A stretch of DNA of 64,000 bases from Candidatus Thorarchaeota archaeon (GTDB lineage: Archaea; Asgardarchaeota; Thorarchaeia; Thorarchaeales; Thorarchaeaceae). Where the stretch lies: assembly GCA_004524445.1 (NCBI GenBank), contig SDNP01000002.1:83285-147284 (forward strand), read 5' to 3'. The notes beneath the pieces were generated by a model. The model was not told where the DNA came from. It made no database searches and worked only from the letters and a program-made list of their open reading frames with translations. Shown piece after piece: positions 38,488-48,911 of the stretch. The position numbers and the translations under genes were made by a program. The first letter of the stretch is position 1; each line of letters starts with the position of its first letter.

Positions 38488-40014
38488 ATGCTCCTAGCTA
38501 TCATAGCTGCGAGTACCTTTATTGTATATTCTATCATTCAACTGCAGACTACTCCTCCCTCCACTATTGCTGTATACGGTGGACATGTTCGTGAACATAA
38601 TGACGAGCTTGTTATGGTGCGTGCACTTGGATTTTCATTGAATATATCGCTATTATGGTCTGACTCTCTGTCATTGGGTCCTTACTCGGTACTCCTACAG
38701 AATCTAATTCCAGACAATACTACCATTGCTTCCAACAATGACATTTCCTCGACCATAGAAGACAGTCTAGTATTGAGGATTGAGTTTATTCCAAATCATC
38801 ATAGAGTCTGGATAAATGTCAGCTCTGATAACGATGATTCCAATCTTGAATTTTTGGTCTTAGGAGACAGCCAAGGATACCAGGGCGGAATCCAAGAAAC
38901 AACAACAGCTTTGAGTTCATTTTCACCTGATTTTCTCTTCCATTGTGGTGATCTTACTCCGTTTGGGCTGGATACTCAATACAGCGAGGTTTCGGGAGCG
39001 CTTGACAACTCATCTGTCCCAGTTTTCACTACCGCAGGGAATCATGACGTGAGGATGGACGGCGGATTAAGATACAAGGATTGGTTTGGCCCCTCTACCT
39101 ATTCGTTCGAATCAAATTCGGCTCATTTTGCGATATTAAATACATCCAAGACTACGGTTTCTGAAAACGAATTTCAATGGCTACTTGATGATCTAAATAC
39201 CACCTCCAAGAATTTGAAAATAGTCTTTACGCATATTCCTTCTTTTGATCCTCGACCCGGCAAGAATCATACTTTGCCCCAGAAAATAGCCAATAGACTC
39301 ATGACTCTGTTCGAACAGACGGGTGTGGATTACGTCTTTTCCGGCCACATTCACATGTTCAACAAGACAATAATCAATGGAGTCACTTACATCATTACGG
39401 GTGGCGCAGGCATGTCACTGGCTGCACCAGAGGAAATAGGTGGAATACACCATTTTGTTCATGCAAAGCTACAGGAAGACTCGCTTCTAATAGAACCAAT
39501 CCAACTAAATGAACCAGATATTCCTCGCGATACGGTCGAAGTCAAAGGTATCGAATCATCTATTCTTCTCTCTTTGAATGACTTGAAGCAGCTTCCCTAC
39601 CTCGAGGCATTTTCTTCGTTTCAGAACCAATTTGGAAATTGGCGTGGACAGGGAGTATACAGAGGCGTAAAGATCTCCGATTTGATTGGCTTGGTTGGGG
39701 GCATGACCGTGACAGACACACTAACTGCACGTGCATATGATGGTTACTCTCAGTCATATTGTTATTACAATGTATATCCGAACGGAAGTTGGCAAGAGTT
39801 GCAGGGCGATATGATATTGGCATATCAATACAATGGAACAGAGATTCCTGAGTGGGATTCCGGCCTTAGGATAGTGATGCTTGCACCTGATGGCGCATAT
39901 AGCAATGCAGATTGCCTTGCCACGTCAGCTCCAGGAATGGGGTGTAATATGTACTATTCTGGTGGGGCTCGATGGGCTCGATATGTAGCGCGAATTGAGG
40001 TGACAGTCGATTGA
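38488..40014 (+). CDS. Exported calcineurin-like metallophosphoesterase with C-terminal molybdopterin-oxidoreductase-like domain
   Basis: N-terminal anchor; GDSQ, GDLT, GNHD, HIP and GHIH motifs; C-terminal YRGVKISDL...AYDGY...ILAY..NG..LRIV...WARYV..IEV. Confidence 0.8.
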   Translation: MLLAIIAASTFIVYSIIQLQTTPPSTIAVYGGHVREHNDELVMVRALGFSLNISLLWSDSLSLGPYSVLLQNLIPDNTTIASNNDISSTIEDSLVLRIEFIPNHHRVWINVSSDNDDSNLEFLVLGDSQGYQGGIQETTTALSSFSPDFLFHCGDLTPFGLDTQYSEVSGALDNSSVPVFTTAGNHDVRMDGGLRYKDWFGPSTYSFESNSAHFAILNTSKTTVSENEFQWLLDDLNTTSKNLKIVFTHIPSFDPRPGKNHTLPQKIANRLMTLFEQTGVDYVFSGHIHMFNKTIINGVTYIITGGAGMSLAAPEEIGGIHHFVHAKLQEDSLLIEPIQLNEPDIPRDTVEVKGIESSILLSLNDLKQLPYLEAFSSFQNQFGNWRGQGVYRGVKISDLIGLVGGMTVTDTLTARAYDGYSQSYCYYNVYPNGSWQELQGDMILAYQYNGTEIPEWDSGLRIVMLAPDGAYSNADCLATSAPGMGCNMYYSGGARWARYVARIEVTVD

Positions 40015-41081
40015 GTAGTGAGGAGGGACACTATGCAGAAATAAAAGAAATAATCACTATCGCCCTCTTGAGCTCTCTCGGAGGGACTCTAAGTACTTTT
40101 GTTGGTTACTTAGGCAATCTTGTGAATCTGACATTAGGTGTTCCATTCGGTGCCGGTCAATTCATGGCTGGTCTTCATGTCTTTTGGTTGGTGTTGATTC
40201 AAGCAATCATCAGAAAGAGAGGCGCTGGCGCATTTGGAGGTCTCTTGAAAGGCATAGTTGAGCTATTCACAGGCAGTACCCATGGGTTCGTGATAGTCTT
40301 GGTCTCTCTCGTTCAAGGTATTTTGGTGGATGGATTCGCAGCATTTGGGGATGACCTGCAAGATGTGGATTTGAGCAAGAAACTAGTCTGGTGGATCGGT
40401 GCAGGAATTTCAGCAGCATCTAATGTAATCGTCTTCCAGCTGTTTTATTTCTCAGGAGCTCCAATCATTTACATTGGTGTCATTGTGGTTCTTGCCTTTT
40501 GCTCGGGAATCATCTTTGGAGGCTACTTCGGTTGGGAAACCTTAGATTTTCTTAATGATGCAGGCATATTGAACAATAAGACGCAGATACAGAGTCGAGA
40601 TGTTCATAGCACATCGCGTAGTACGATTATAAAGAGAAATATTCCAGCTATCGCTTTTGTAGTATTTCTCATCCTTGGCTCCTCTTATTATGTCACGGCA
40701 GTTGCTGACTTTGGGTCCGACCCATATTCATGCGAAGTGACCGGTCTTGTAGAGGATCCCTATGTATTTCATTATTCGACCTTCCCCAGAGATACGATTA
40801 CGATTGAAGCAGAGTTGGAGGGCGCCTACACTCATTTACCACCCGCAAACTACACTGGCTACCTAGTAAGTTCGATTATTGACCATGCCAATCCCCAACC
40901 CGAGGCCAGTACTCTCAAAGTAGTCGCCACCGACGGATACACAATAATCTTTGATTTGAATGAAGTCATGAAGGATGACAGATTCATTCTTAGCAAGAAT
41001 GAAAATGGCCTATGGTTGATTGCGGCAGAATATGATGGCTCACAATGGGTTCAACAAGTAACAACACTAGAGATTGGTTAA
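40011..41081 (+). CDS. ECF transporter S component fused to an extracellular molybdopterin-oxidoreductase-like domain
   Basis: About 6-7 TM helices with RKRGAG motif, then YTGYLVSSII...ATDGY...WVQQV..LEI. Upstream of EcfA and EcfT. Confidence 0.75.
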   Translation: MSSEEGHYAEIKEIITIALLSSLGGTLSTFVGYLGNLVNLTLGVPFGAGQFMAGLHVFWLVLIQAIIRKRGAGAFGGLLKGIVELFTGSTHGFVIVLVSLVQGILVDGFAAFGDDLQDVDLSKKLVWWIGAGISAASNVIVFQLFYFSGAPIIYIGVIVVLAFCSGIIFGGYFGWETLDFLNDAGILNNKTQIQSRDVHSTSRSTIIKRNIPAIAFVVFLILGSSYYVTAVADFGSDPYSCEVTGLVEDPYVFHYSTFPRDTITIEAELEGAYTHLPPANYTGYLVSSIIDHANPQPEASTLKVVATDGYTIIFDLNEVMKDDRFILSKNENGLWLIAAEYDGSQWVQQVTTLEIG

Positions 41082-41086
41082 GAGGA

Positions 41087-42544
41087 ATGGAATTGTTACA
41101 AACACGTGATATCACATTCTCATATGACGAAGAAAAGGTGATATTGCAGTCTTTGGATTTCTCCCTCTCACAGGGAGAAATTGTCATCCTTGGAGGTCCA
41201 ACCGGCTCTGGAAAGTCCACCTTGGCAAAGATACTGGCCGGCTATATACCTCATCGAATAGAAGGACAACTAACTGGCATTGTGTATGTTAACGGCGAAA
41301 ACAGTCAAGAACTCACTATTCCTCAAATTTCCAAGAGAGTTTCACTCGTTCAACAGGACGTAGAGAGCCAGCTCTGCACACTGAGAGTAGCTGACGAAGT
41401 AGCGTTTGGTCCTGAGAACTTTCGCGAAGACGAAGAGGAAATTATTGAACGGGTTAATCAAAGCCTAGATTCGGTAGGCATTTTGCACTTGAAGAATCGT
41501 TCAACAGTGGCATTGTCCGGGGGAGAGAAACAAAGGCTTGCAGTTGCATCAATACTCTCCATCCAGCCTAACTACCTAATTCTTGATGAGCCAAGTTCAA
41601 GTCTAGATCCTCAAGGCGTAACCAAGCTAAAGCAGACTCTTGTAGATTTGAAGCAAAATGGTTTGGGGCTACTGATAATCGAACACCAAGTTAAACCCTT
41701 CTTGCCCATTGCTGATAGAACTCTGAAACTCGATAACAAGAAAATTACTAGTATAGAATTGTCTAGTTCAACCCAAATTCAGAGGAAGTCACATGCAAAC
41801 TATCCTCCATCAAAGGCACCTCTTTTCCGATGTAATGACCTGTCTTTTTCTTATGATAACTCTAAGGTGATATCTAATCTGTCTGTGGAGTTTCACAGAG
41901 ATGAAGTAGTTGCATTGATGGGGAACAATGGTTCAGGCAAAACCACCTTCATCTCCTTACTGGCTGGGATACTTGAGCCCACTGGCGGTGATATACTCCT
42001 TAGTGGTATTCCAATTAACAAGACCCCTCGAAATGATATTGTCCAAAATCTCGCAATGGTCTTCCAAAACCCGAATCATCAAATTTTCGAGAGAACTGTC
42101 TGGGATGAACAGAACATCATATTAGATGTGCTTGGAACGCTTGAGAATGGCCAATCAGAATCAAAGCAGCTTCTCTCTGATGCTAATTTATACTCCATGA
42201 GAGAGAGAAACCCATTCTCGTTGAGCTACGGTCAGAAAAGGCGACTCAATGTTACTTCTACAACCGTTCATGAACCCCGAATACTGCTTTTAGATGAGCC
42301 GTTCATTGGTCAAGACAAAAGCGGCAGGGAATTCATTCTTGAGAGAATCAATGATATAAAGAAAGGAGGTCTAGCCATTGTGATAACACACGACTCACAA
42401 TTTGCCGTAAATCACTGTGATAGGCTCGTTTTCATGGATCAAGGGACTATTCTGTTAGATGGGCCGCCGGCACAGACTCTGGACCGACTTGCATCATTGG
42501 GTTTCCCAGAATATAGTGATATAGGGGGAGTTGTTGATGATTAA
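41087..42544 (+). CDS. ECF transporter duplicated ATPase (EcfA1-A2 fusion)
   Basis: Two Walker A motifs (GPTGSGKST, GNNGSGKTT), LSGGEKQR / LSYGQKRR and LDEP twice. Confidence 0.92.
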   Translation: MELLQTRDITFSYDEEKVILQSLDFSLSQGEIVILGGPTGSGKSTLAKILAGYIPHRIEGQLTGIVYVNGENSQELTIPQISKRVSLVQQDVESQLCTLRVADEVAFGPENFREDEEEIIERVNQSLDSVGILHLKNRSTVALSGGEKQRLAVASILSIQPNYLILDEPSSSLDPQGVTKLKQTLVDLKQNGLGLLIIEHQVKPFLPIADRTLKLDNKKITSIELSSSTQIQRKSHANYPPSKAPLFRCNDLSFSYDNSKVISNLSVEFHRDEVVALMGNNGSGKTTFISLLAGILEPTGGDILLSGIPINKTPRNDIVQNLAMVFQNPNHQIFERTVWDEQNIILDVLGTLENGQSESKQLLSDANLYSMRERNPFSLSYGQKRRLNVTSTTVHEPRILLLDEPFIGQDKSGREFILERINDIKKGGLAIVITHDSQFAVNHCDRLVFMDQGTILLDGPPAQTLDRLASLGFPEYSDIGGVVDD

Positions 42545-43343
42545 GGAGCCTGAAACCAAATCCGAAACATCTCCGAACTCATCGAATCCCCTCGCTAACC
42601 TATTTTGCATTCTTGCTGTTCTGATTAGCAATATGATCTATCCGAGTATACTCCTCAGTTTGCTAATACTTAGCCTAATACTCATAGCTGTTGCTATATC
42701 GGGAGCAGCTCTCAAGTTCTCATCAAATAGAATTAAGTTCATTCTATCGTTTTCAGTCATATTGCTGCTAGTTCAGATATTGGTTACTCCAAATGGCATT
42801 GTTTTACTATACTTATTTCCAAGGCTTGGAGAGCTGGGCCCATCATTTCCTGTCACCAATTTTGGACTAGAGAAGGGGCTATCAATTGCTTTGCGATTTC
42901 TTGTAGTAGTTATCTCCAGCATGTTCTTTGTTTCCGTTACTGACCCTACTCTGTTGGCGCATGCACTTTCTTCTCTAGGAATTCCATATCGCTATAATTT
43001 TGCGTTGGTAATTGCTCTGCGGTTCATTCCTCTCTTTGATATAGAGAATCAAGTTGTCCGTATGGCTCAGAAGTCACGAGGCATATCCATTGAAGTAGGT
43101 GGATTAAGCAAGTTGAAGCGTTCTCTGCGCTACACCTTCTTTCCCTTAATTATATCTGCACTCCAGAGGGCGGAAACTCTTGCGCTCTCAATGGAGGGAC
43201 GCGGTTTCGGATATGATCGAAAACGGGCATATTTGCGCAAAACCCAATGGCGCTTTTCCGATATGCTTGTGATTATAGCCTCGACATTATTACTCACAAT
43301 ATCGGTGTTATTTCAGCTTCAGTTACTTCCATCCCTACTCTGA
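42531..43343 (+). CDS. ecfT: ECF transporter T component
   Basis: ALRFIP, AQKSRG and SMEGRGF motifs. Confidence 0.9.
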   Translation: MLMIKEPETKSETSPNSSNPLANLFCILAVLISNMIYPSILLSLLILSLILIAVAISGAALKFSSNRIKFILSFSVILLLVQILVTPNGIVLLYLFPRLGELGPSFPVTNFGLEKGLSIALRFLVVVISSMFFVSVTDPTLLAHALSSLGIPYRYNFALVIALRFIPLFDIENQVVRMAQKSRGISIEVGGLSKLKRSLRYTFFPLIISALQRAETLALSMEGRGFGYDRKRAYLRKTQWRFSDMLVIIASTLLLTISVLFQLQLLPSLL

Positions 43344-44111
43344 AGGAATCTTTCCTACTGGAGCCAAGTACACAGTAAACTCCTTTTCTCCGTCTACTCC
43401 GATTATCGAATCTATGACTTCTTGATTGTAGTTGGCAATAGCACAAGTTCCAGCATCAATGGCCTCGCAGGAGAGATAGAGATTCTGGCAGATATGACCG
43501 GCTTCCAGTGCAATATCTTTGTGTGCTACAATACTGTATCTCCATTCAGTTCTATATGGTATAGCGGCCCATACAAATGTCACAGCAGCTCGTGAGAGTT
43601 GTCGCTGACCGTTAGTCGCTTCTATTAATCTGTCAGACTCAGGAAGTCTCTGTGTAACACGGCATAGCCTGTGCTGAAGGGGTAGATATCGGTATATGCC
43701 CTTATCCAAGCCCTCTACCCTATCAACGATTAGATATGTTTCAAATGGGTGCCTTGCACCACCCGAAGGCACTACTCGCTTGGACCAGCCGCCTCTATCT
43801 TGTACTTCTTTTACTCCTTGAGTTGACCACAATAAGAAGGACAATTCCTGCAAAGTGAGTGCCGCATCTGAGTATTTTCTGTGAGTTGAGCGATTCTTTA
43901 TTGCCTTGGTTAACAATACCGATTTAATCTTGATATCCTCAAGTGGTACCAATTCAAATTTTTCTTGGCTCTCCAAACAAGGTTTTTCCATAGGCGGTGC
44001 GGGGATATTTTGCTTCTCATCTGGCTTATAGTTTTCCTTGGTTCTGAATTCCTTTCGGCTGTCAGCTCTGAGAAATTTACGCCCTTGCTGAATCTTCTGT
44101 TCTTTACTCAT
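43335..44111 (-). CDS. SagB/ThcOx-family nitroreductase
   Basis: AIKNRSTHRKY, LSFLLW.TQG, PSGGARHPFETY and EAGHICQNLYL. Confidence 0.88.
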   Translation of the reverse strand: MSKEQKIQQGRKFLRADSRKEFRTKENYKPDEKQNIPAPPMEKPCLESQEKFELVPLEDIKIKSVLLTKAIKNRSTHRKYSDAALTLQELSFLLWSTQGVKEVQDRGGWSKRVVPSGGARHPFETYLIVDRVEGLDKGIYRYLPLQHRLCRVTQRLPESDRLIEATNGQRQLSRAAVTFVWAAIPYRTEWRYSIVAHKDIALEAGHICQNLYLSCEAIDAGTCAIANYNQEVIDSIIGVDGEKEFTVYLAPVGKIPSE

Positions 44112-44321
44112 ACAATATTAGTTCAGGGCGTCTGCAATCAAGTTTTCGGATGCACTCTACTTCTGGGAATTAACCGGTTGAAAATATGGTGCAATAAATT
44201 GTTATGTTCAATTATTTGCTAGCTTGCTCATTCCCCTGGATTAATGCCAATTTTGCTTCGAAAAGATGCTTAATTAGAGAAATGGCCATCATAAAGAAAC
44301 GGCAGTTTGAGGTTCATCATA

Positions 44322-44459
44322 ATGGAAATAGATGGTTTTAGAAACTATTTACAAGAAAGAGGACTAGAGGAGGGCGAGATTAACGAATCAATTTCTACGA
44401 TTCATAATTTGGAAACTCTTCTCAAGGAGAAAACTGCTGGTCGGGACGGCCGGATTTGA
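44322..44459 (+). pseudogene. 45-codon gene stub running into the 3' end of tRNA-Tyr
   Basis: MEIDGFRNYLQERGLEEGEINESISTIHNLETLLKEKTAGRDGRI*, with GAGGT upstream. The last codons are antisense tRNA sequence. Confidence 0.4.
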
Positions 44460-44514
44460 ACCGGCAACCGATGGATCTACAGTCCATTGCTCTGCCAGGT
44501 TGAGCTACGTCCCG
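44438..44514 (-). tRNA. tRNA-Tyr(GUA), no intron, C1-G72, CCA encoded
   Basis: Acceptor CGGGACG/CGTCCCG and loop CTGTAGA. Confidence 0.93.
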
Positions 44515-44717
44515 TTCCAGACCCGTCTGCATAAAGATGCGAATAAAAGGATTGCTGCATCAACAAATTTGTATGTAGTCAGCTCGCAGAATTTCAGCTT
44601 GGCAGGATAACGAATCTCAATATTGTTCATCTTTCTTTCGGAATATGTTAGTAATACTCTGATAGTACCCGTGTTCAAGTATACACACTATCCATCAATT
44701 CTTGGTGTTCCCACAAA

Positions 44718-45005
44718 ATGCGACGCATGACGTCAAAAATTCGATCGAGTCTCAAAGAAAAAGGAATTGAATGTCACTCTGTTTACGAACTACCAAATGC
44801 AGAGGAAACTCGAGTTCTGCTAGCCTTCAACTCTCAAAAGAACCCTCGATTATCTACTAAGAAGATAAGAAAGATTCTGAATAAGATGGGTGTTGGCAAA
44901 TTTGACGTACCTCGGGAATTCAGCCGACTCAGTGCATCATTTTTGCATTTAGAAGTTATAACAGGTGCAAGAACAGAAAAGACACCGCAGAAAGCCGCTC
45001 AATAA
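44718..45005 (+). CDS. Hypothetical basic protein
   Basis: 95-aa ATG ORF with protein-like composition. Confidence 0.5.
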   Translation: MRRMTSKIRSSLKEKGIECHSVYELPNAEETRVLLAFNSQKNPRLSTKKIRKILNKMGVGKFDVPREFSRLSASFLHLEVITGARTEKTPQKAAQ

Positions 45006-45057
45006 GCTGCTTCACAGAAGTAAAATAGCTTTTTGCGTATGCAAAATAGTGACTCTC

Positions 45058-45822
45058 ATGGATTTAGAGCTCAAAGACAAATTTTTCTTGGTCACGGCTG
45101 CCTCTCGGGGCTTAGGTTTTGGTGTTGCAAAGGCTCTTGTTGAGGAAGGCGCCAAGGTTACTATCTGTGGCAGGACAAAAGAGGACCTCGAAGCCGCACA
45201 AAATTCCCTTGGTGAAAGGGCAAGATATGTGATTGCGGATGTTTCAAAAGAGGCTGATATTAAGAAGTTAATTGATGATGTTGAAAATGTCTATGGTCGC
45301 CTTGATGGACTTTATGTAAATGCAGGAGGTCCTCCTCCAGGCACTTTCAACAAAACATCTGACGAGGAATGGAGAAGCTCTATTGATTTAAATTTGATGA
45401 GTGCGGTATGGCTCACAAGAGAGGCACAACCTCTGTTGAAGAAATCAGAGCACTCAAGTATCCTCTACAGCACCTCGATATCTGTCAAACAACCACTGGA
45501 CAATCTCCTCTTATCAAATTCCATTCGTGCAGCAGTCATTGGGATGATGCGTACCATCTCCACAGAATTCGGGCTCATCGGTATACGTGTTAATGCAATT
45601 TGTCCAGGTTATATCTACACTGAAAGAGTAGAACAACTCATCCAAGACACGGACGATAAGACGGCGGCAAAGCAGGAAATAATTGAAAGAATTCCCATTG
45701 GTAGAATGGGCACTCCGGATGAGTTTGGAAGAATCTGTACATTTCTACTGAGTCCGATTGCAGGATATATCCATGGAGCACTCCTGCTAGTGGATGGTGG
45801 AATGTATCAAGGTATGATGTGA
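45058..45822 (+). CDS. Short-chain dehydrogenase/reductase (FabG-like)
   Basis: TAASRGLG, NAGGPPPG, LSNSIR, NAICPG and VDGG. Start trimmed to ATG 45058. Confidence 0.9.
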   Translation: MDLELKDKFFLVTAASRGLGFGVAKALVEEGAKVTICGRTKEDLEAAQNSLGERARYVIADVSKEADIKKLIDDVENVYGRLDGLYVNAGGPPPGTFNKTSDEEWRSSIDLNLMSAVWLTREAQPLLKKSEHSSILYSTSISVKQPLDNLLLSNSIRAAVIGMMRTISTEFGLIGIRVNAICPGYIYTERVEQLIQDTDDKTAAKQEIIERIPIGRMGTPDEFGRICTFLLSPIAGYIHGALLLVDGGMYQGMM

Positions 45823-45825
45823 ACT

Positions 45826-46800
45826 TCAAAGGATAAAGCCGAGGTCGGTTGGATCTACCTGACCTAGCCTTGCAAGTGCTTTCTTTGCATACATACGTAC
45901 CTGTCTATCGTCATCATCTAGAAGCCTCTCTAATGCTCCTGCTGCTGGAGGATATGGTGACACACCCATAGCCCAGGCCGCCTGCCTTCTCACCCTGCTA
46001 TGAGTTGATTCTAGCAGTTCTGCAATGGCCCGAAGAATGATTTCGGAGCGTCGTTCTATTAATAGGCGGATCATTCGCACTTGCTCGTTTGGAGGGCAGT
46101 TTGCTAGTGCGTCAGCCAAGCCCTGCAAGGCTCTAGTATCATCCATATCTCTGAGAGCACGTATCGCCCAATCACGAACATCTGTTTCTGGGTCCTCAAG
46201 AGCAGCCAACAAGCAAGGTATCGTTTCAGGAGAACCGATTTTGCTTAGGGCCCATGCTGATGAATGTCTAATTTTCGAGATTGGGTCACCAAGAAGGGCA
46301 CAGAGAGCACCTAAATTCTTGTCACTGGCATCATTAGTGAGGGAGAATATCGCCTCGCTCCTCAATTGGATATTTTCACGGGATGTCCGTGCTAAATTCC
46401 TTAGAGTCTTCCCAAAGGCATCCGGGTCAATACTCCCCAAAATATGAATCGCCCATTTTCTAGCCTCAAAATCCTCATTTTTATCATTCAAAATGCCTAG
46501 AACTTCTGGAATCAGAGGATCCATCTGTCTTCTATATGCCGCCTTCAAACCTCGAATGCGGGTCTTTTCCGCTGAGTCTCCAAGTGCTCTGCCAACTACT
46601 TCTATGGCTGATTTTGGTTCAATATAATCGACAACATCTAGCAGGCGATGCTTATACACCTCGCACTCCTCGGACCTTTCATCAAAAGCCTGTTCCAAGA
46701 TTTGCCGAAATTCACTTGGGTGATTATTGATATACTCCGCAGTTTTGCGCCAAGTTGTTTCGTTTGGTCTTTCTAACAAGTCCTCGAGCACCATATCCAC
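45826..46800 (-). CDS. HEAT-repeat (PBS lyase-like) protein
   Basis: Repeated L.D....VR..A..AL units. Confidence 0.88.
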   Translation of the reverse strand: MDMVLEDLLERPNETTWRKTAEYINNHPSEFRQILEQAFDERSEECEVYKHRLLDVVDYIEPKSAIEVVGRALGDSAEKTRIRGLKAAYRRQMDPLIPEVLGILNDKNEDFEARKWAIHILGSIDPDAFGKTLRNLARTSRENIQLRSEAIFSLTNDASDKNLGALCALLGDPISKIRHSSAWALSKIGSPETIPCLLAALEDPETDVRDWAIRALRDMDDTRALQGLADALANCPPNEQVRMIRLLIERRSEIILRAIAELLESTHSRVRRQAAWAMGVSPYPPAAGALERLLDDDDRQVRMYAKKALARLGQVDPTDLGFIL

Positions 46801-46851
46801 AAGCTCTCTATATTTCTAGTCATGTCAAGTTTTCCGATATCGCATTCTATA

Positions 46852-47862
46852 CTAGTAGATTCTGAAGGCTTTTGCATTCGGTAATTTGAACCATCCCATA
46901 TCGGGGTTGTGTGCTAATGCCAGTTGATATGCTGCCACTTGAAGTGCAATAGTATTTGCTATTGCCTGCGCTGAAGAGGATAGCAAATTGGGACTCTCCG
47001 GAGCCGAAAGCAGATAAGATGGTACCTCAAGGGGTTCGTTAAGTATACTCATGTATTTCTCATCACTCTCTGTAGTTGGACTATCAGCTACCAAGACAGC
47101 TCTGTTCCCTTCTTGAAGAGATAGGTTGAAATGATGTTGAAACTCTTCTCGGAGGGAAACTATGGTTCTTTGAAGAGAGAATTCATTGAACTTCATCATC
47201 CCTATGTGAGCAGCCACATAGTTAGGCCCCTCGGATATCAAATAGAGGGCGTTATCCACATCTATGAAGTCAGCGATAATCTTTCCCTCTGCTACGGCCC
47301 AATCAATAATCTTTGGCATCTTCTTCTGTAAAGTTCTACAATCTTTGCATATGCCCTCATTTGGAAGGGCAAGCATAAGGGCAGCTGTCTGAAGGAGATA
47401 TGCCATCGCAGCAGTTGTTGGTGCGGTCGGGGCTATATCGAAGGTATCGACACCCGATTTCGTAATCCACTTGAAATCTGCAATATGAATAGACTCACTT
47501 TTTGGATTGTCTGTTAGAATGAGAGTCTGTGCACCTTCATCTTGAGCATGTTTCAGTGCGTTTATGGTGGATACACTGCGACCCGATGCGGTAATCCCAA
47601 TCACAAGACAGTCCTTATCCAAGGAATATCTCTCAATCTCCGGGGGTGACACAGCCACTGCAACACATCTCGCATTTGCGAGGGCCCACTGTCCATATTG
47701 CGCCACTGCATACGAATCTCCTGCCCCCGTAAGCAAAACCATTCGTCTGTCGATGAGTGGCATAATGTCTTCATTTGAGATTTCTCCCAATGTGTCTGGT
47801 ATGCCTGTTTTCTGTTTCATGATGCCATCATGATTTTTCTGAAGAAACTCTGACATGTTCAT
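46852..47862 (-). CDS. Double SIS-domain sugar-phosphate isomerase/deaminase (GlmS/AgaS-like)
   Basis: LTGAGDSY, ITASGRS.ST, MKFNE and EEFQH. Confidence 0.82.
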   Translation of the reverse strand: MNMSEFLQKNHDGIMKQKTGIPDTLGEISNEDIMPLIDRRMVLLTGAGDSYAVAQYGQWALANARCVAVAVSPPEIERYSLDKDCLVIGITASGRSVSTINALKHAQDEGAQTLILTDNPKSESIHIADFKWITKSGVDTFDIAPTAPTTAAMAYLLQTAALMLALPNEGICKDCRTLQKKMPKIIDWAVAEGKIIADFIDVDNALYLISEGPNYVAAHIGMMKFNEFSLQRTIVSLREEFQHHFNLSLQEGNRAVLVADSPTTESDEKYMSILNEPLEVPSYLLSAPESPNLLSSSAQAIANTIALQVAAYQLALAHNPDMGWFKLPNAKAFRIY

Positions 47863-47872
47863 CAATCTTCCT

Positions 47873-48337
47873 TCAAAGCATATTGACATTTGGAGGCTTA
47901 TATCCGAGTTGTCTAAGCAAACCAACCAATAGACCGCGATGATGAATTTCGTGAGTTGCCATATGAATCAATGCTTTGGCTACTGTAAAACTAACGGTTT
48001 CCTCGCCCCATGTCACACTTTCAACATGGTTCAAATCCGTATCGGTCAAGTCTTTGACTAAATCACGAGTATCCTTCTCGGATTTCTTCCATTCCCTCTT
48101 TATGGCATCAAAATCAGGACAATCTTGGATTTCAAGGAAATCTCGTTCTTCTCCTCTCACAATCCCAACCCAGTATCTCTCTGTATTGACAAGATGTAGA
48201 AGAACACTCCTGATTGAACCTCTCCCGATACCCCAATCCCTTGTGAATTCCTCATTCGAGAGTTCTTCAAACGCGTCTAGAAGAGGATCTCGACACATGA
48301 AGTTATGTTCCAAGAGGGTTTCGACGCAGTATTTCAT
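47873..48337 (-). CDS. DinB-family protein
   Basis: SIRSVLLHLVNTERYW and HMATHEIHHRG. Start uncertain. Confidence 0.85.
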   Translation of the reverse strand: MKYCVETLLEHNFMCRDPLLDAFEELSNEEFTRDWGIGRGSIRSVLLHLVNTERYWVGIVRGEERDFLEIQDCPDFDAIKREWKKSEKDTRDLVKDLTDTDLNHVESVTWGEETVSFTVAKALIHMATHEIHHRGLLVGLLRQLGYKPPNVNML

Positions 48338-48444
48338 GACATCAAGAGTAGCTGAGTCCTCCCTTAAGTGAACATTGATGTGGTGCTTATCAGAAACTCT
48401 CATTCTAATCCATTAGCTAATCGAGTGAGTGGGTACAATGAAAA

Positions 48445-48551
48445 TGGCGCCCCCGCCGGGATTTGAACCCGGATCCCAAGAGCTCTGCATCGAGACGCAA
48501 CGCGTATCGCCTTGACAGTCTTGGATGCTAGCCGGGCTACACTACAGGGGC
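48445..48551 (-). tRNA. tRNA-Asp(GUC) with 30-nt intron at 37/38 (48483-48512)
   Basis: Acceptor GCCCCTG/CGGGGGC, CAAGA CTGTCA intron C TCTTG, and BHB CTGT/GCAG. Confidence 0.92.
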
Positions 48552-48911
48552 CCAAGGCGAGGACACAGTCAAATGAATTTAAAGATGTCGAAGGGTAAGC
48601 TCCTGTTTTGCCCCGAACGAATCCGAAGTGCGGCTCTTTTGATATCAGTGATTCACACATCTGTAGTACTATCTACAAAATGCTTTTTACTAACGACAGC
48701 TTATACTATATTGCTCGAAGCCACGTAGCAGCCCTAGTGGATATGCCATCTCCTTGTTCTAAAGAAAACCTTTTATGTCCACAGAATTGCTGGCAGGTGC
48801 TCAGGCAGCACAGCTTCCCATTCATGCATGACCATATGTAATGCTTTGTACAAGCCATTATACTGTATGACAATTCGTACAGAGCGTCTTATGTGTCAAA
48901 ACCTATGTAAG

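Noticed and set aside
34445-44660. Isolated single AGTAATACT units (about 34445 and 44650)
   Set aside because: They are monomers without a neighbour at 9-bp spacing, as expected by chance, so they were not counted as sites.
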